Source of the DNA: an uncultured Acidobacteriota bacterium
GTDB taxonomy: Bacteria > Acidobacteriota > Thermoanaerobaculia > Multivoradales > UBA5704
NCBI GenBank assembly: GCA_963700145.1
Contig: OY969474.1
Coordinates: 2,688,001 to 2,752,000 of the forward strand
DNA length: 64,000 nt
Direction of reading: 5' to 3'
Shown: positions 52,026 to 61,984 of the stretch, in pieces
How the letters are laid out: the number at the start of each line of letters is the position of its first letter
How positions within the stretch are numbered: the first letter of the stretch is position 1
The notes under the pieces: model-generated
Database searches by the model: none
The model's input: the letters and a program-made list of their open reading frames with translations, nothing else
Told to the model about the DNA's origin: nothing
Program-made: the position numbers and the translations under genes

Positions 52026-53753
52026 CTAGCACGGGGGCTCGGGGGGTTCCTCCGGCTCGGGGGGCTCAGGAGTTTCGTGCCGCTCGTAGCGGCGATCGCG
52101 CTCGTGATCGCGGCGCTCTTCTTCGAGCTCTTCCCGCAGGTCTTCCATCGCCTCGCGGACGCCTTCCAGGGCGCCGTGCTTGATGGCTTCGATGGCTTCG
52201 CTGTGGGCTTCGACGGCGTCGGCGATGGCTTGGAGCTCGCGTTCGGTGGGGCGGGTGGCTTCGGCGAGGCGGCGGGCGGCTTCTTCGAGCTCGCGCTTCT
52301 CGCGCGGCGTCAGGCGTACGGTCTCGGCGATGCGCTTGGCGTCGCGGACGATGTGGCGGAGGTCGCCTTCGAGGAACTCGGCGTGACGCTCCAGGATCCT
52401 CTCGACCTCGCGGGTGATCGCCACGATCTCGTGCTCGGAGATGCGCTCGACTTCGCGCTCGAGGTGACGGACCTGCGGCTCGATGCGGATGGCGATGTCG
52501 GCCGTGCGGCGGGCGATCTCCTCGGCCATGCGCTCGATCTCTTCGATCCGCTCGCGCTCCAGCCCCGGGTGCACGGTGACGTGGCGGATGCGCTGGCGGC
52601 GGACCTCGCCGATCTCGGCTTCCTCCGCCGGCTCCGCGGGCTCGGGGGCTTCCGCCGGCTCGGGCGGCTCGACGGCGGCGGCGGTTCCCGCGGACACGCC
52701 GGGCGCCGCCAGGACGACGACGAGCAGCGCCGCCGCCAGCGCCGCGGTCACCCAGGGCGCGCGTAGCCGCGGCTCGGCGGCGTGCTCGTCGAGCAGGCGG
52801 CGGATGCGCAGCGCGAGCTGCGACGGCCGGCCGGCCATGCCCGGGGCCGGCAGCGCCGCCCCGCGCCCGGCGCCGACCGACCAGTGCGCGACCTCGGTCA
52901 GGCACTGCGCCAGCGACAGCGCGCTGCCGACGCGGCCGACCGACCACTCGTCGCACTGCAGCTCCGAGATCTCGCGCAGCCGGCGGAGCGCCAGGCGGTT
53001 GAGCGGCTGGAGGAATGCGACCGCCGCCACGAGCTGCCCGGCGAGGAGCCACGCCGGATCGCGCCGCGCCAGGTGGCCAAGCTCGTGCGCGAGGAGGCCA
53101 GCGAGCGGCTCCTCCTCCAGCTCGGCGTAGGCGCGCGGCGGCAGGGCGATCTCCGGCCGGCGCACGCCCATCGCCACCGGCACCGGCAGGCGCGGCGCGC
53201 AGGTCAGGCGCACCGGCTGCGCCAGCGGCGCCAGCCCGGCCAGCCGGGCGAGGAGGCGGAAGGCGACGCCGCCGGTGACCTCGGCGCGGCCGCGCAGGCA
53301 GCGGCGCAGGAGCAGGTACGAAAGACCGAGCCGTCCGAGCAGCACCAGCGCGCCGGCGGCCCAGAGGGCGAGGAGCGCGGCGGGCCAGTAGGCGCGGCGC
53401 GCCGGCGCAGGAAGACCAGGAACGGAAGGCTCAGCGGCCGCGGCCGCCCCGGGAACCGGCGCCGCGACCGTCGCGGGCGCCGGGACGCCGGCCTCGAACC
53501 GCTCGGACACGACCGGCGACGCCTGCACCCGACTCTCCTCACCCGTTCTCGTTTCCAGCTCCCAGCTCCCGGCCAGCGGCCGCCAGCCGGTGCCGACCTG
53601 GAGCGTGGCGGTGAGCAGCGCGCCGAAGAGCGCGGCGCGCCAGACCGTCTCCTCCAGCGCCAGCGAGCGGCGCGCGAGGCGGGGCGCGGCCAGCGCGGCG
53701 AGCGCCAGCAGCAGCGTGCTGTGCAGCAGGTAGGTGAGGAGCCAGGCGGTCAT
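52026..53753 (-). CDS. BlaR1/M56 family membrane metallopeptidase with a coiled-coil C-terminus
   Basis: AHELGHLARRD, FLQPL, ELQCD, LALRIRRL. Confidence 0.85.
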   Translation of the reverse strand: MTAWLLTYLLHSTLLLALAALAAPRLARRSLALEETVWRAALFGALLTATLQVGTGWRPLAGSWELETRTGEESRVQASPVVSERFEAGVPAPATVAAPVPGAAAAAEPSVPGLPAPARRAYWPAALLALWAAGALVLLGRLGLSYLLLRRCLRGRAEVTGGVAFRLLARLAGLAPLAQPVRLTCAPRLPVPVAMGVRRPEIALPPRAYAELEEEPLAGLLAHELGHLARRDPAWLLAGQLVAAVAFLQPLNRLALRRLREISELQCDEWSVGRVGSALSLAQCLTEVAHWSVGAGRGAALPAPGMAGRPSQLALRIRRLLDEHAAEPRLRAPWVTAALAAALLVVVLAAPGVSAGTAAAVEPPEPAEAPEPAEPAEEAEIGEVRRQRIRHVTVHPGLERERIEEIERMAEEIARRTADIAIRIEPQVRHLEREVERISEHEIVAITREVERILERHAEFLEGDLRHIVRDAKRIAETVRLTPREKRELEEAARRLAEATRPTERELQAIADAVEAHSEAIEAIKHGALEGVREAMEDLREELEEERRDHERDRRYERHETPEPPEPEEPPEPPC

Positions 53754-54136
53754 CGCTTCTCCTTTTTGGCGTGGGCGGCGATCAGCGTGCGCAGGCGCGC
53801 CAGCTCCGCGCGGTCCACGTCGTGCTCGGACAGCAGGTGGCTGACGAGGGCGGTCACGTCGCCGCGGAAGAGCTGCGCGGTCAGCTCGGCGACCGCCGAG
53901 CGCGTGACCTGGTCCTCGGAGACGAGCGGCCGGTAGACGAACCGGCGCCCTTCGGTGCGGTGCTCGACGACGCCCTTGCGCTCCAGCTTCTGGAGCATGG
54001 TGGCGATGGTGGTCGGCGCGAGGCCGCGCGCCGCGGCGAGCGCCTCGTGGACGTCGGCGACGGTCGCCTCGCCGTCGCGCCAGAGGACGCGCAGGATGGC
54101 GAGCTGCAGGTCGCCGAGGCGGTGGGATCGGCTCAT
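53750..54136 (-). CDS. BlaI/MecI/CopY family repressor
   Basis: LGDLQLAILRVLW, TTIATMLQKLERKG, FVYRP. Confidence 0.9.
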   Translation of the reverse strand: MSRSHRLGDLQLAILRVLWRDGEATVADVHEALAAARGLAPTTIATMLQKLERKGVVEHRTEGRRFVYRPLVSEDQVTRSAVAELTAQLFRGDVTALVSHLLSEHDVDRAELARLRTLIAAHAKKEKR

Positions 54137-54151
54137 GACGACCGGGATAGT

Positions 54152-54165
54152 ACTACCGCGGTAGT
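54152..54165. promoter_or_regulatory. BlaI-type operator palindrome
   Basis: Perfect palindrome ACTACCGCGGTAGT abutting the TACTAT -10-like box of the repressor gene. Confidence 0.7.
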
Positions 54166-54233
54166 TTTGAAGGCAAGAGAACGGCGCGCACGCCAGGAAC
54201 TACGTGAAAGGCGGCGCAGGGTTTCGGCCGAGA

Positions 54234-54304
54234 AAACGCCCGGCACGTAGGCCGGGCGCTACAACGCCGGTCTCCGTAGCGCCCGGCCCACGTGCCGGGC
54301 GTTT
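54234..54304. repeat. GTAG-type REP inverted doublet / hairpin
   Basis: AAACGCCCGGCACGTAGGCCGGGCGCTAC...GTAGCGCCCGGCCCACGTGCCGGGCGTTT. Confidence 0.7.
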
Positions 54305-55559
54305 ACGTGAGCAGCGCCAACCGCTTCCCGGTCCAGCCGGGGAAGAGGGCGCCGTCGTCGCCGATCCCCAGGTGCTTGCCGGCCACTTCGCAGAAGACGG
54401 CGCGGAAATCGGTCGTCACCGGCAGGTCGCGCCCTTCGTGGAGCGCGTCGGGCGAGAGCCCCGGCAGGTTGCCGTGCACCCTGCCGCCGGCGACCTGCGA
54501 GCCGAGGACGAACATGCAGGAGCCGTGGCCGTGGTCGGTGCCGCCGGAGCCGTTCTCGCGCACCGTGCGCCCGAACTCGGTCATCGTCATCAGCACGACG
54601 TCGTCCTGGTAGGCGCCGAGGTCGGTCCAGAAGGCGGCGATCGACTGCGCCAGGTCGGCGGCACGGCGGGCGAAGGTGCCGCGCGTCGCGCCCTGCGCCA
54701 CGTGGGTGTCCCAGCCGCCCGACTCGGCGAACGCCACCTCTAGCCCGACCTTCGCCTTGACCAGGAAGGCGATCTGGCGCAGCGCCTGCCCGAGCGGGCT
54801 CTGCGGGTAGTCGGCGCCGGCGGCGGGGCGGTAGGCGGCAAGCTCGGAGGCCGCGAGGATCTCGACCGCCTCGAAGGTCTCCCCCGCCGTCTCCTGGAGC
54901 AGCTCCGGCGCGGTCCGGCGGTAGAGCGCTTCGAACCCGGCGCCGGCCGCCGCCGCGGCGCGCTCGGCGCCGGGGAGGCGGACCTCGAAGCGAGACAGGT
55001 CGGTCACCGCGATCGCCGGCGCGGCGCCGTAGAGAGCGCGCGGCAGCGCCGGGGTGAGCGAGACGGCGCGCAGCGGCGAGGCCTCGTGGCCGAGGAGGCC
55101 GACGGCGCGGTTGAGCCAGCCGGACGGCGTCCCCTTCCGCCCCGGCGTGCCGGTCTCCATGTAGTCCTGGGCGTCGAAGTGCGAGCGCGTCGGGTCGGGC
55201 GAGCCGACGGCATGGACGACCGCCAGCCGCCGGTCGCGCCAGAGCGGCAGCAGCCCCGCGAGCGCCGGGTGGAGCGCCCAGCCGGTGCCGAGGTCGAGCG
55301 CCTGCTCGTCGCCGGCGGCGCGCGCCGCCGACACCGCGAGGCGCGGGCGGAGGCGGCCGAGCACGGGCTCGGCGACCGGCGCGACGGCGGCGAGGCCGTC
55401 CATGGCGCCGCGCTGGAAGATGGTGACCAGCACCTTCCGCCGCCCGAGCGGCGCCGGCAAGGCCGCCGCGCGCACGGCGCGCACCAGGAAGCGCGGCCCG
55501 GCCCCGAGGCCGAAGAGAGCGATGCCGCCCGCTTTCAGGAAGACTCTGCGCGTCCACAT
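54303..55559 (-). CDS. DUF1501 family protein (Tat signal)
   Basis: TRRVFLK, FQRGAMDGL, RSHFDAQ, GWDTH, TEFGR...GTDHG. Confidence 0.88.
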   Translation of the reverse strand: MWTRRVFLKAGGIALFGLGAGPRFLVRAVRAAALPAPLGRRKVLVTIFQRGAMDGLAAVAPVAEPVLGRLRPRLAVSAARAAGDEQALDLGTGWALHPALAGLLPLWRDRRLAVVHAVGSPDPTRSHFDAQDYMETGTPGRKGTPSGWLNRAVGLLGHEASPLRAVSLTPALPRALYGAAPAIAVTDLSRFEVRLPGAERAAAAAGAGFEALYRRTAPELLQETAGETFEAVEILAASELAAYRPAAGADYPQSPLGQALRQIAFLVKAKVGLEVAFAESGGWDTHVAQGATRGTFARRAADLAQSIAAFWTDLGAYQDDVVLMTMTEFGRTVRENGSGGTDHGHGSCMFVLGSQVAGGRVHGNLPGLSPDALHEGRDLPVTTDFRAVFCEVAGKHLGIGDDGALFPGWTGKRLALLT

Positions 55560-55570
55560 GGCCGGCTCTC

Positions 55571-57478
55571 CTACCGCCGCTGGAACTCGGGCGAGCCCAG
55601 GATCACGCCGACGGCCTCCACCCGTGGCGCCAGCTCGGGGTCGTCCACCATCGGCTCCAACGTCGCGATCACGCCGTCGAGCGCGCGGCCGGGCAGGAGA
55701 AGCGGCGCGTAGAGGGCGACGGCCTCTTCGCGCGTGGCCGGCTCGCGGCCGCCGCTGAGGGCCCCGAGGTCGAAGCGCACGCCGCGCACGCCGCCCGAGG
55801 CGAGCTGGAGGCCGAAGTTCATGCGGTTCAGCAACGCCCCGGTGTTGACCCAGGCGTCGGCGCGGTCGGGGAAGCCGGTCGGCGCCGAGTAGGCGTAGAG
55901 CCGCTGCCCCATCTGCGCCGTCCACTGCAGCAGCCCACGCGGGTCGGCGACCTCGGCGCCCAGCGCGCGCACCGCCGAGACCGCCAGCTCGAACGGGCTC
56001 TTGATCTTGGCGCCGCGCGTCCCCTCGGCCCAGAACTCCGGCGACTCGGCGATCGCCCGCACCACCCGGCGGAGGTCTCCGTTCGTCTGGGTATAGACCG
56101 CGGCGAGGCGCTCGACGAGCGCCGCCGGCGGCTCGTCGCCGACGAAGCGGACGGCGAGCTTGCGCGCCAGGTGCCTGGCGGTCGCCGGGTGCCTGGCGAG
56201 GAGGTCGAGCACCTGCCGCCCCTCCTCGACGCCGCGCCCGGCCGGAAAGCGCTGGCCGAGCACCGTTTTGGCGCCGGCGTCGTGCAGGTCGGCGCGGAAG
56301 AGGAAGGCGCCGTTGCTCTCATAGCCCATCGCCGCCAGGCGCTCGGCGCGGGCCGGCGCCGCCTGCGCGGCGCGGCGGCCACCGCCCAGCGGCATCAGCG
56401 TCCAGCCGGTGAAGGCGCGCGCCACCTCGACGACGTCCTGCTGCGTGTAGCCGCCGTCCACGCCGAGGGTGTGGAGCTCGAGCAGCTCGCGCGCGTAGTT
56501 CTCGTTCAGGCCGCGCGGCCGCTGCCGCCGCCGCTCGGGGGGCGCGGCCGCCGCTAAGGTGGGCTCCGCCGCCGTGCCGCCCGCGCCCCGCATTTCGGGC
56601 AGCTCCGGAATAGCGCCGCCGGCGCCGCCGCGCACCTCCGGCGGCCGCCGCCGTCCGCCGCGCCGCCGCTCCGTCATATCCGGCGCCAGGGTCGCCGTCC
56701 CCTCGGCGGCGCTCGACTGCGCGTTGTCGAGGTAGACGAGCATCGCCGGGTGCTGCGCGGTGGCGCCGAGCATCGTGCGGAACTTGCCGAGGACGTGCGG
56801 GCGGATCGCGTCGCGCTCGTAGGCCAGGAGGTAGGTGCGCGTCCGGTTGTCGGTCAGCGAGACGTTGAAGTGGTTGAACCAGAAGTCGACCAGCACCTCG
56901 GCGAGCTGGTTCTCGGCGTAGACGGCGCGGTAGAGCTTCTGCGCCATGAGCTGGCCGAGCAGCTCGCGCTCGGGGCGGTAGCCCTGCTCGCGCGCCCAGC
57001 GCATCACCGCCCGGCGGGTCTCGGCGCGCGCGGGGTCGCGCACCGCCTCGCCGGTCTCTTGCATCACCTCACCCGTGTCCTGCATCTCCGCGCCGGCGCC
57101 GCGCCCCTCGACGACCCCGGCCCGCCGCGCCTCGGCGAGCAGCCGCGGTGGCCGCGGGAACTGCCGCGCCATCTCGGCGGCGCTCATCTCCAGCGCGTCG
57201 AGTTGCGCGAGACGCCGGTCGAGGTCGCGGTCGGGGAGGTCGGCGGCGAGCTGCCGCTCCAGCCAGCGGTCGAGCCCCATCGCCACCACCTTCTCGACCT
57301 CGCCGGGCCGGGCGCCGAAGGCGAAGCGGTCGAGAAGGTGCGCGGCGGCCTCGCGCTCGCTCCAGCCGGCCTCGCGCCAGGGCATGTGGAGGGCCGAGGG
57401 CGCCGGCGCGGCGGCGGCGGTCAGGAAGACCGCGGCGAGGGCGGCGGCGAAAGTGGCGGTCAGGAGTCGTGCGCGCAT
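55571..57478 (-). CDS. DUF1800 family protein
   Basis: FWFNHF, YLDN, NENYARELLELHTLG, ARAFTGW, SPEFQRR. Confidence 0.9.
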   Translation of the reverse strand: MRARLLTATFAAALAAVFLTAAAAPAPSALHMPWREAGWSEREAAAHLLDRFAFGARPGEVEKVVAMGLDRWLERQLAADLPDRDLDRRLAQLDALEMSAAEMARQFPRPPRLLAEARRAGVVEGRGAGAEMQDTGEVMQETGEAVRDPARAETRRAVMRWAREQGYRPERELLGQLMAQKLYRAVYAENQLAEVLVDFWFNHFNVSLTDNRTRTYLLAYERDAIRPHVLGKFRTMLGATAQHPAMLVYLDNAQSSAAEGTATLAPDMTERRRGGRRRPPEVRGGAGGAIPELPEMRGAGGTAAEPTLAAAAPPERRRQRPRGLNENYARELLELHTLGVDGGYTQQDVVEVARAFTGWTLMPLGGGRRAAQAAPARAERLAAMGYESNGAFLFRADLHDAGAKTVLGQRFPAGRGVEEGRQVLDLLARHPATARHLARKLAVRFVGDEPPAALVERLAAVYTQTNGDLRRVVRAIAESPEFWAEGTRGAKIKSPFELAVSAVRALGAEVADPRGLLQWTAQMGQRLYAYSAPTGFPDRADAWVNTGALLNRMNFGLQLASGGVRGVRFDLGALSGGREPATREEAVALYAPLLLPGRALDGVIATLEPMVDDPELAPRVEAVGVILGSPEFQRR

Positions 57479-57552
57479 CGGGTCGTCTCCTCGCGGGAGG
57501 AACAGGCCAGCCGGGAAAACCCTGCGGCTATGATGCCGCGGATTCCCCGCCG

Positions 57553-57984
57553 ATGGACGACCGCCGGCTCGCCGCGCTGCTCAACCTCTACCCGCCCTAC
57601 CTGGGCGCCGGGGTGCGGGTGCGGCGTCTCCCGGACGGCTTCGAGTCGCGGATGAAGCTCCGCTGGTGGAACCGGAACTACTTCGGCACCCACTTCGGCG
57701 GCTCGCTCTACACGATGTGCGACCCGTTCTTCACCCTCATCCTGGCGCAGCGGCTGGGGCGCGGCTACCTCGTCTGGGACAAGGCCGCGACGATCCGCTT
57801 CCGGCGGCCGGGGCGCGGCACCGTGACGGCGCGCTTCGAGATCCCGGCGGCCGAGGTCGAGGCGATCCGCCGCCAGGCCGAGCCGGGAGCGCCGGTCGAG
57901 CCGGTCTTCACCGCCGAGGTGCGCGACGCGGCCGGCGAGGTCGTGGCGGAGGTCGAGAAGCTGTTGTGGGTGCGGAAGAAGTAG
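57553..57984 (+). CDS. DUF4442 hot-dog fold thioesterase-like protein
   Basis: NLYPPYLGAG, NRNYFGTHFGGSLY, VWDKAA. Confidence 0.8.
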   Translation: MDDRRLAALLNLYPPYLGAGVRVRRLPDGFESRMKLRWWNRNYFGTHFGGSLYTMCDPFFTLILAQRLGRGYLVWDKAATIRFRRPGRGTVTARFEIPAAEVEAIRRQAEPGAPVEPVFTAEVRDAAGEVVAEVEKLLWVRKK

Positions 57985-58011
57985 CGCCCTAAGCCGGCTC
58001 AGGAGACCGGC

Positions 58012-59619
58012 TCAGCCCTTGCTCTGCGAGATCTGCCGCCGCAGCAGCTCGTTCTCGAACGCCATCCCGACCTGCGCCGTCGCCAGCTCCAGGATGTCGA
58101 TGTCCTCGACCGGGTCGTCGCGCTCGCCGTTGTCGGCGTAGATCAGCGAGATCACCCGCTGCGCGCCGAGCACCGGGAAGACGACCACCTGGCCGTTCTT
58201 GGGGCGCCCGACCAGCGAGCGGAAGGGCTCCGGCAGCCGCGCCTCCTCGAACGACACCGACTGCACCTCGCCGGTCTCGTACCCCACGGAGAGCACGCTC
58301 TCGCCGTCGAGCGGCAGCTTCAGGCCGCGCGTCAGCTCGGCGAGCGAGCGGCCGTCGCGGTCGGTGCCGAAGGCGCCGAGCGCCGCCATCTGCTCGCGGC
58401 TGACGAGGAAGAGCACCGCCCGCTCGACCGACTCCGAGATGATGTGCATGAGGTTGAGCGCGACGGTGGCCGAGATGAGCCCCGAGCGCAGGTCGCCGAA
58501 GACCCGGCGCAGGCGCGCCACGCCGGAGCGCGGGTCGTCGGCGCCGCCGGCCGCCTCGCGCCGGCTCTCCACCAGGTTCTCGACGCAGGCCACGACCGCC
58601 TCGGTCTCCGGCGGGATCGCCGCCAGCGCGCCGGCGGCGTAGACCTTGGCGAGCGGCATCCCCGGCTCGACCACGGCCACGACCGACGCCCCCGGCCGGG
58701 CGCGGCGCAGCGACACCACCTGCGACAGCGTCACGCCGTTCTCGCGGAGGTCGAGCAGCACGATCGGCGGCGTGTCGCCGAGCGGCACCTTCCCCGCCTC
58801 GGCGAGCGCCACCGCCCGCGCGCCGGCGACGTCGCGCAGCTCGCCGAGCGCGCCGGTCACCCGCGCCGCGAAGTCGCGGTCGGGCGAGACGACCTGGAGG
58901 TGGAAGGCCTCGACGGCCGGCCGCGTCCCCGCCGCCGCGAAGAGCTGCTCGAGCTCGTCCCCCTCCTCCTCGACGACCGCGGCGAGCGCCGCCCGCACCC
59001 GCGCCGCCGCCGCGGCCGGGCTCGTCGCCGGGGGCGGCACCGCCGGGCGCTCGCTGCCGGGCCAGCGCCGCTCGCCGCCGGCCTCGCCCGCGCCGCCCTC
59101 GCCGCCGAGCCGGTTGCGCTCGTCGAAGATGCGCGCCGCCTCGAGCAGCACCATCTGGGTGTTGATGTCGGCGTCGGGGATCACGTCGCCCGGGTAGAGC
59201 GCCACGTCGTCCACCGGCCGCAGGTCGCCGACCGCGAACTCGAAGGTGCCGCGGTCCCAGGCGATGATCTCGGAGACCGCCTGCTCGATCTGCCGCACCA
59301 CCGCGTTGCGCAGCGCCTGCGGCTCGATCGCTCCGCCGGCGACCAGCGTCTGCCCCAGCGTGCGCCGCTCGAGGGCCTGCTCCTGCGCCGTCACCGCCAC
59401 CGCCAGCGCCGCCGGCTCGACGAGCCCCGCCTCGACGAGCAGCTCGCCGAGCTGCGGCGTGCGCGGCGCCTGCGCCGAGACGAGCTTGCCGAGATGGAAG
59501 CCGATGAGGGCGCGCTCGCGGCTGCGGCGCAGCACCAGCGTCCCGGTGCGCCGCCCGAGGTGGATGAACTGCATGACGTCGGCGACCGAGACGTCCTGCA
59601 GGCTGCCGGAGATGCTCAT
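58012..59619 (-). CDS. DUF4388 + degenerate receiver + GAF signalling protein
   Basis: ISGSLQDVSVADVMQFI...WDRGTFEF; IVLLDL receiver-like segment; C-terminal GAF (LIYADN). Confidence 0.75.
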   Translation of the reverse strand: MSISGSLQDVSVADVMQFIHLGRRTGTLVLRRSRERALIGFHLGKLVSAQAPRTPQLGELLVEAGLVEPAALAVAVTAQEQALERRTLGQTLVAGGAIEPQALRNAVVRQIEQAVSEIIAWDRGTFEFAVGDLRPVDDVALYPGDVIPDADINTQMVLLEAARIFDERNRLGGEGGAGEAGGERRWPGSERPAVPPPATSPAAAAARVRAALAAVVEEEGDELEQLFAAAGTRPAVEAFHLQVVSPDRDFAARVTGALGELRDVAGARAVALAEAGKVPLGDTPPIVLLDLRENGVTLSQVVSLRRARPGASVVAVVEPGMPLAKVYAAGALAAIPPETEAVVACVENLVESRREAAGGADDPRSGVARLRRVFGDLRSGLISATVALNLMHIISESVERAVLFLVSREQMAALGAFGTDRDGRSLAELTRGLKLPLDGESVLSVGYETGEVQSVSFEEARLPEPFRSLVGRPKNGQVVVFPVLGAQRVISLIYADNGERDDPVEDIDILELATAQVGMAFENELLRRQISQSKG

Positions 59620-59676
59620 GGCCTATTAGAAGGAGGTGCGCGCCCGCTGCGGCCGCGAGACAGGATGACCGGCCAC

Positions 59677-60441
59677 TTACTCGCCTCGCGCCAGCTTGAC
59701 CAGGCTCTCCAGGGTCCGCAGCTTGCGGTCCTGGGCGGCGAAGAGGCGGGCGGCGAACAAGGCCGAGGCGGCGTGCACCGAGAGCAGGTCGAGGAGGTCG
59801 CGGTCCTCGGCCCGCAGCTGCGGCTTCTGGTCGAGGAGCTTGAGCACGACGAGCGCCCCCACCACCGCGCCCTGCACACGCAGCGGCACGGCGGCCTGGG
59901 CGTCCGATCCGGGCGCCGGGCCGAGGCGCAGCACGCCGTCGCGCAGCGTCGCGTCCACCATCGGGTCGCCGCCGGCATAGCCGCCGCCGGCCCAGAGGCC
60001 GCTCCGCTCGCCCTCCATCCCCCCCTCCAGCGCCACCTCGCACCCCTCCTCGGCGTCGCGGCGCAGCAGCAGGACGAACCGCTCGGCGCCGAGCAGGTTG
60101 ATGGCGATCTCGGCGATGGCGGCCTGCACCTCGTCCGGCTCGAGGCTGGCGTGGAGCTGGTAGGCGGCGACGTAGAGGTTCATCAGCCGCCCGACCTGGT
60201 GCTCGGACTCGACCAGCCGGCTGGCCAGCTCGCGCACGTCCGACTCGGCGCCGGCGAGCCGGTGCTCGAGGTCGCTCTCGGCGCCGGCCGCGTCGTCCGC
60301 GCCGGTGGCGCCGGAGGCCGCGCTCGCCTGCTGCAGGTTCCCTTCGAGGATGCGCAGCAGCTCGCCGGCCCGCTCGAGCGTGGCGCGGAGCTGCTCGACC
60401 AGCTCGGAGCCGGCCGCCGCCGCCGGGAACCCCTCGCTCAC
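59677..60441 (-). CDS. Coiled-coil + GAF domain protein
   Basis: LMNLYVAAYQLHASL, AVPLRV, LLDLLSVHAASAL. Confidence 0.75.
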   Translation of the reverse strand: MSEGFPAAAAGSELVEQLRATLERAGELLRILEGNLQQASAASGATGADDAAGAESDLEHRLAGAESDVRELASRLVESEHQVGRLMNLYVAAYQLHASLEPDEVQAAIAEIAINLLGAERFVLLLRRDAEEGCEVALEGGMEGERSGLWAGGGYAGGDPMVDATLRDGVLRLGPAPGSDAQAAVPLRVQGAVVGALVVLKLLDQKPQLRAEDRDLLDLLSVHAASALFAARLFAAQDRKLRTLESLVKLARGE

Positions 60442-60815
60442 TCCGCCGCCTCCGCCGGCTGCTCCAGGCGGGCGATGACGTCGAGGATCTCGTCGGACCG
60501 GAACGGCTTCTTGATGTAGGCGGCGGCCCCGGCCTCGAGCCCGCGGGCGGTGTCCTCCTCGCGGCCTTCGGTGCTGATGATGACGACCGGCGTGCCGTTC
60601 CCCTCGGCGCGCAGCGCGGCGAGGAACTCCAACCCATTCATGTTCGGCATGTTGATGTCGAGGAGGATCAGCTCGACGTCCGGGTGCTCGCCCAGCCGCT
60701 CCAGCGCCTGCCGCCCGTCCAGGGCGTAGACCAGCGGGTACTGCCGCAGCATCACCTCATACATCTTGTGCATCAGCTTGGAGTCGTCGACGACGAGGAC
60801 CTTCCTGGGCTGCAC
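60438..60815 (-). CDS. Single-domain CheY-like response regulator
   Basis: VLVVDDS, LDINMPNMNG, ISTEG, YIKKPF. Confidence 0.88.
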   Translation of the reverse strand: MQPRKVLVVDDSKLMHKMYEVMLRQYPLVYALDGRQALERLGEHPDVELILLDINMPNMNGLEFLAALRAEGNGTPVVIISTEGREEDTARGLEAGAAAYIKKPFRSDEILDVIARLEQPAEAAE

Positions 60816-60993
60816 GGCATCTCCCGAGGGACGGGGCAGTCTAGGCCCAACGCGGGGGAGGCGGCAAGGCACATCCCTGGACTGGCCGGCAGGAGGCTTC
60901 GCCGGGCAGGTAGGGGTAAGCTCTCATTCTCGTGGACGACCGCTCCGGCTCTGCCGCGAGGTGCCCGAGATCCCGGCGACTAGGAGCCTCAGA

Positions 60994-61245
60994 ATGGCAA
61001 CGCTCACTCTCGATCTCCCGGAGGAAGTCTTCTCGGCCTTGCGCCGATCGCCCGAAGAGTTCGGCCGGGAGCTGCGCCTTGCGGCGGCGATCCACTGGTA
61101 CCAACGCGGCCAGATCTCCCAGGAGAAGGCGGCGCAGATCGCTGGGCTTGACCGCACCGACTTCCTGCTCGCTCTGGCGCGCGAAGGCGTAGACGCCTTC
61201 GTGGTGGACTTCGAGGACCTGGAGCGCGAGCTCGGGCGTGGCTGA
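60994..61245 (+). CDS. UPF0175 family antitoxin
   Basis: LRLAAAIHWYQRGQISQEKAAQIAGL; AGGAG RBS. Confidence 0.85.
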   Translation: MATLTLDLPEEVFSALRRSPEEFGRELRLAAAIHWYQRGQISQEKAAQIAGLDRTDFLLALAREGVDAFVVDFEDLERELGRG

Positions 61246-61723
61246 CCGCGCCGCCGTCAATGCCTCACCGCTGATCTTCCTCGCCCGAGCCGGACTTCTC
61301 GATCTCCTCCAACTGGCCGCTCCAGAGGTCGTCGTCCCCGCGCCCGTCGCCGATGAGATCAGCCGGCGCGGGCACACCGACCCGGCGGCGCAAGCCATGA
61401 TCTCTCTGAATTGGTTGACCGTGGTCGACGGTCCCGAGATCCCTTCCGTGATCCAGTCGTGGGACCTAGGTCCTGGCGAATCCGCCGTACTCTCCTGGTG
61501 CCATGCGCGGCCGGGAGTCGAGGCCATCGTCGACGATCTCGCCGCTCGCCGCTGCGCGGAGGCGCTCGGCTTGCCCGTTCGGGGCACTCTCGGCCTGGTG
61601 CTTCTAGGAAAGCGACACGGCCGGCTCGCCGCGGCACGCCCGGTGCTCGACTCGCTTCGAGCCTCCGGGATGCACCTTTCCGATCGTGTTATGGACCGCG
61701 CGTTGCGCTTGGTCGGCGAATAG
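61238..61723 (+). CDS. DUF3368 PIN-domain toxin
   Basis: NASPLI, LGPGE, DDLAARRCA, GTLG. Confidence 0.85.
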   Translation: MADRAAVNASPLIFLARAGLLDLLQLAAPEVVVPAPVADEISRRGHTDPAAQAMISLNWLTVVDGPEIPSVIQSWDLGPGESAVLSWCHARPGVEAIVDDLAARRCAEALGLPVRGTLGLVLLGKRHGRLAAARPVLDSLRASGMHLSDRVMDRALRLVGE

Positions 61724-61770
61724 GGCTCGGTTGAGAGACGCCTACTGCCGTTAGGTCATTGAGGGGGATC

Positions 61771-61819
61771 TGGTGGAGCCGATCGGGATCGAACCGACGA
61801 CCTCTTGAATGCCATTCAA
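61771..61819 (-). mobile_element. att site: duplicated 3' half of tRNA-Ala(GGC)
   Basis: The minus strand reads TTGAATGGCATTCAAGAGGTCGTCGGTTCGATCCCGATCGGCTCCACCA. The D-arm and 5' acceptor strand are absent. An integrase is adjacent. Confidence 0.8.
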
Positions 61820-61984
61820 AGAATGCGGGCTTGACGTAGCCTGCATGACTCTGACAAACTCCCTGTTCTACAATGACTTACGCGACATCAGGCCGGCTGG
61901 AGTTTGTCCCGACTTATGGCCGTGTGATTGCTATGTGATTGCTGGCGGCGCCGATTGACTGCCCACTCAAAGGAGCCGGAAGAG

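Noticed and set aside
61771-61850. Complete tRNA-Ala gene
   Set aside because: The 5' acceptor strand and D-arm are missing; treated as an att fragment.
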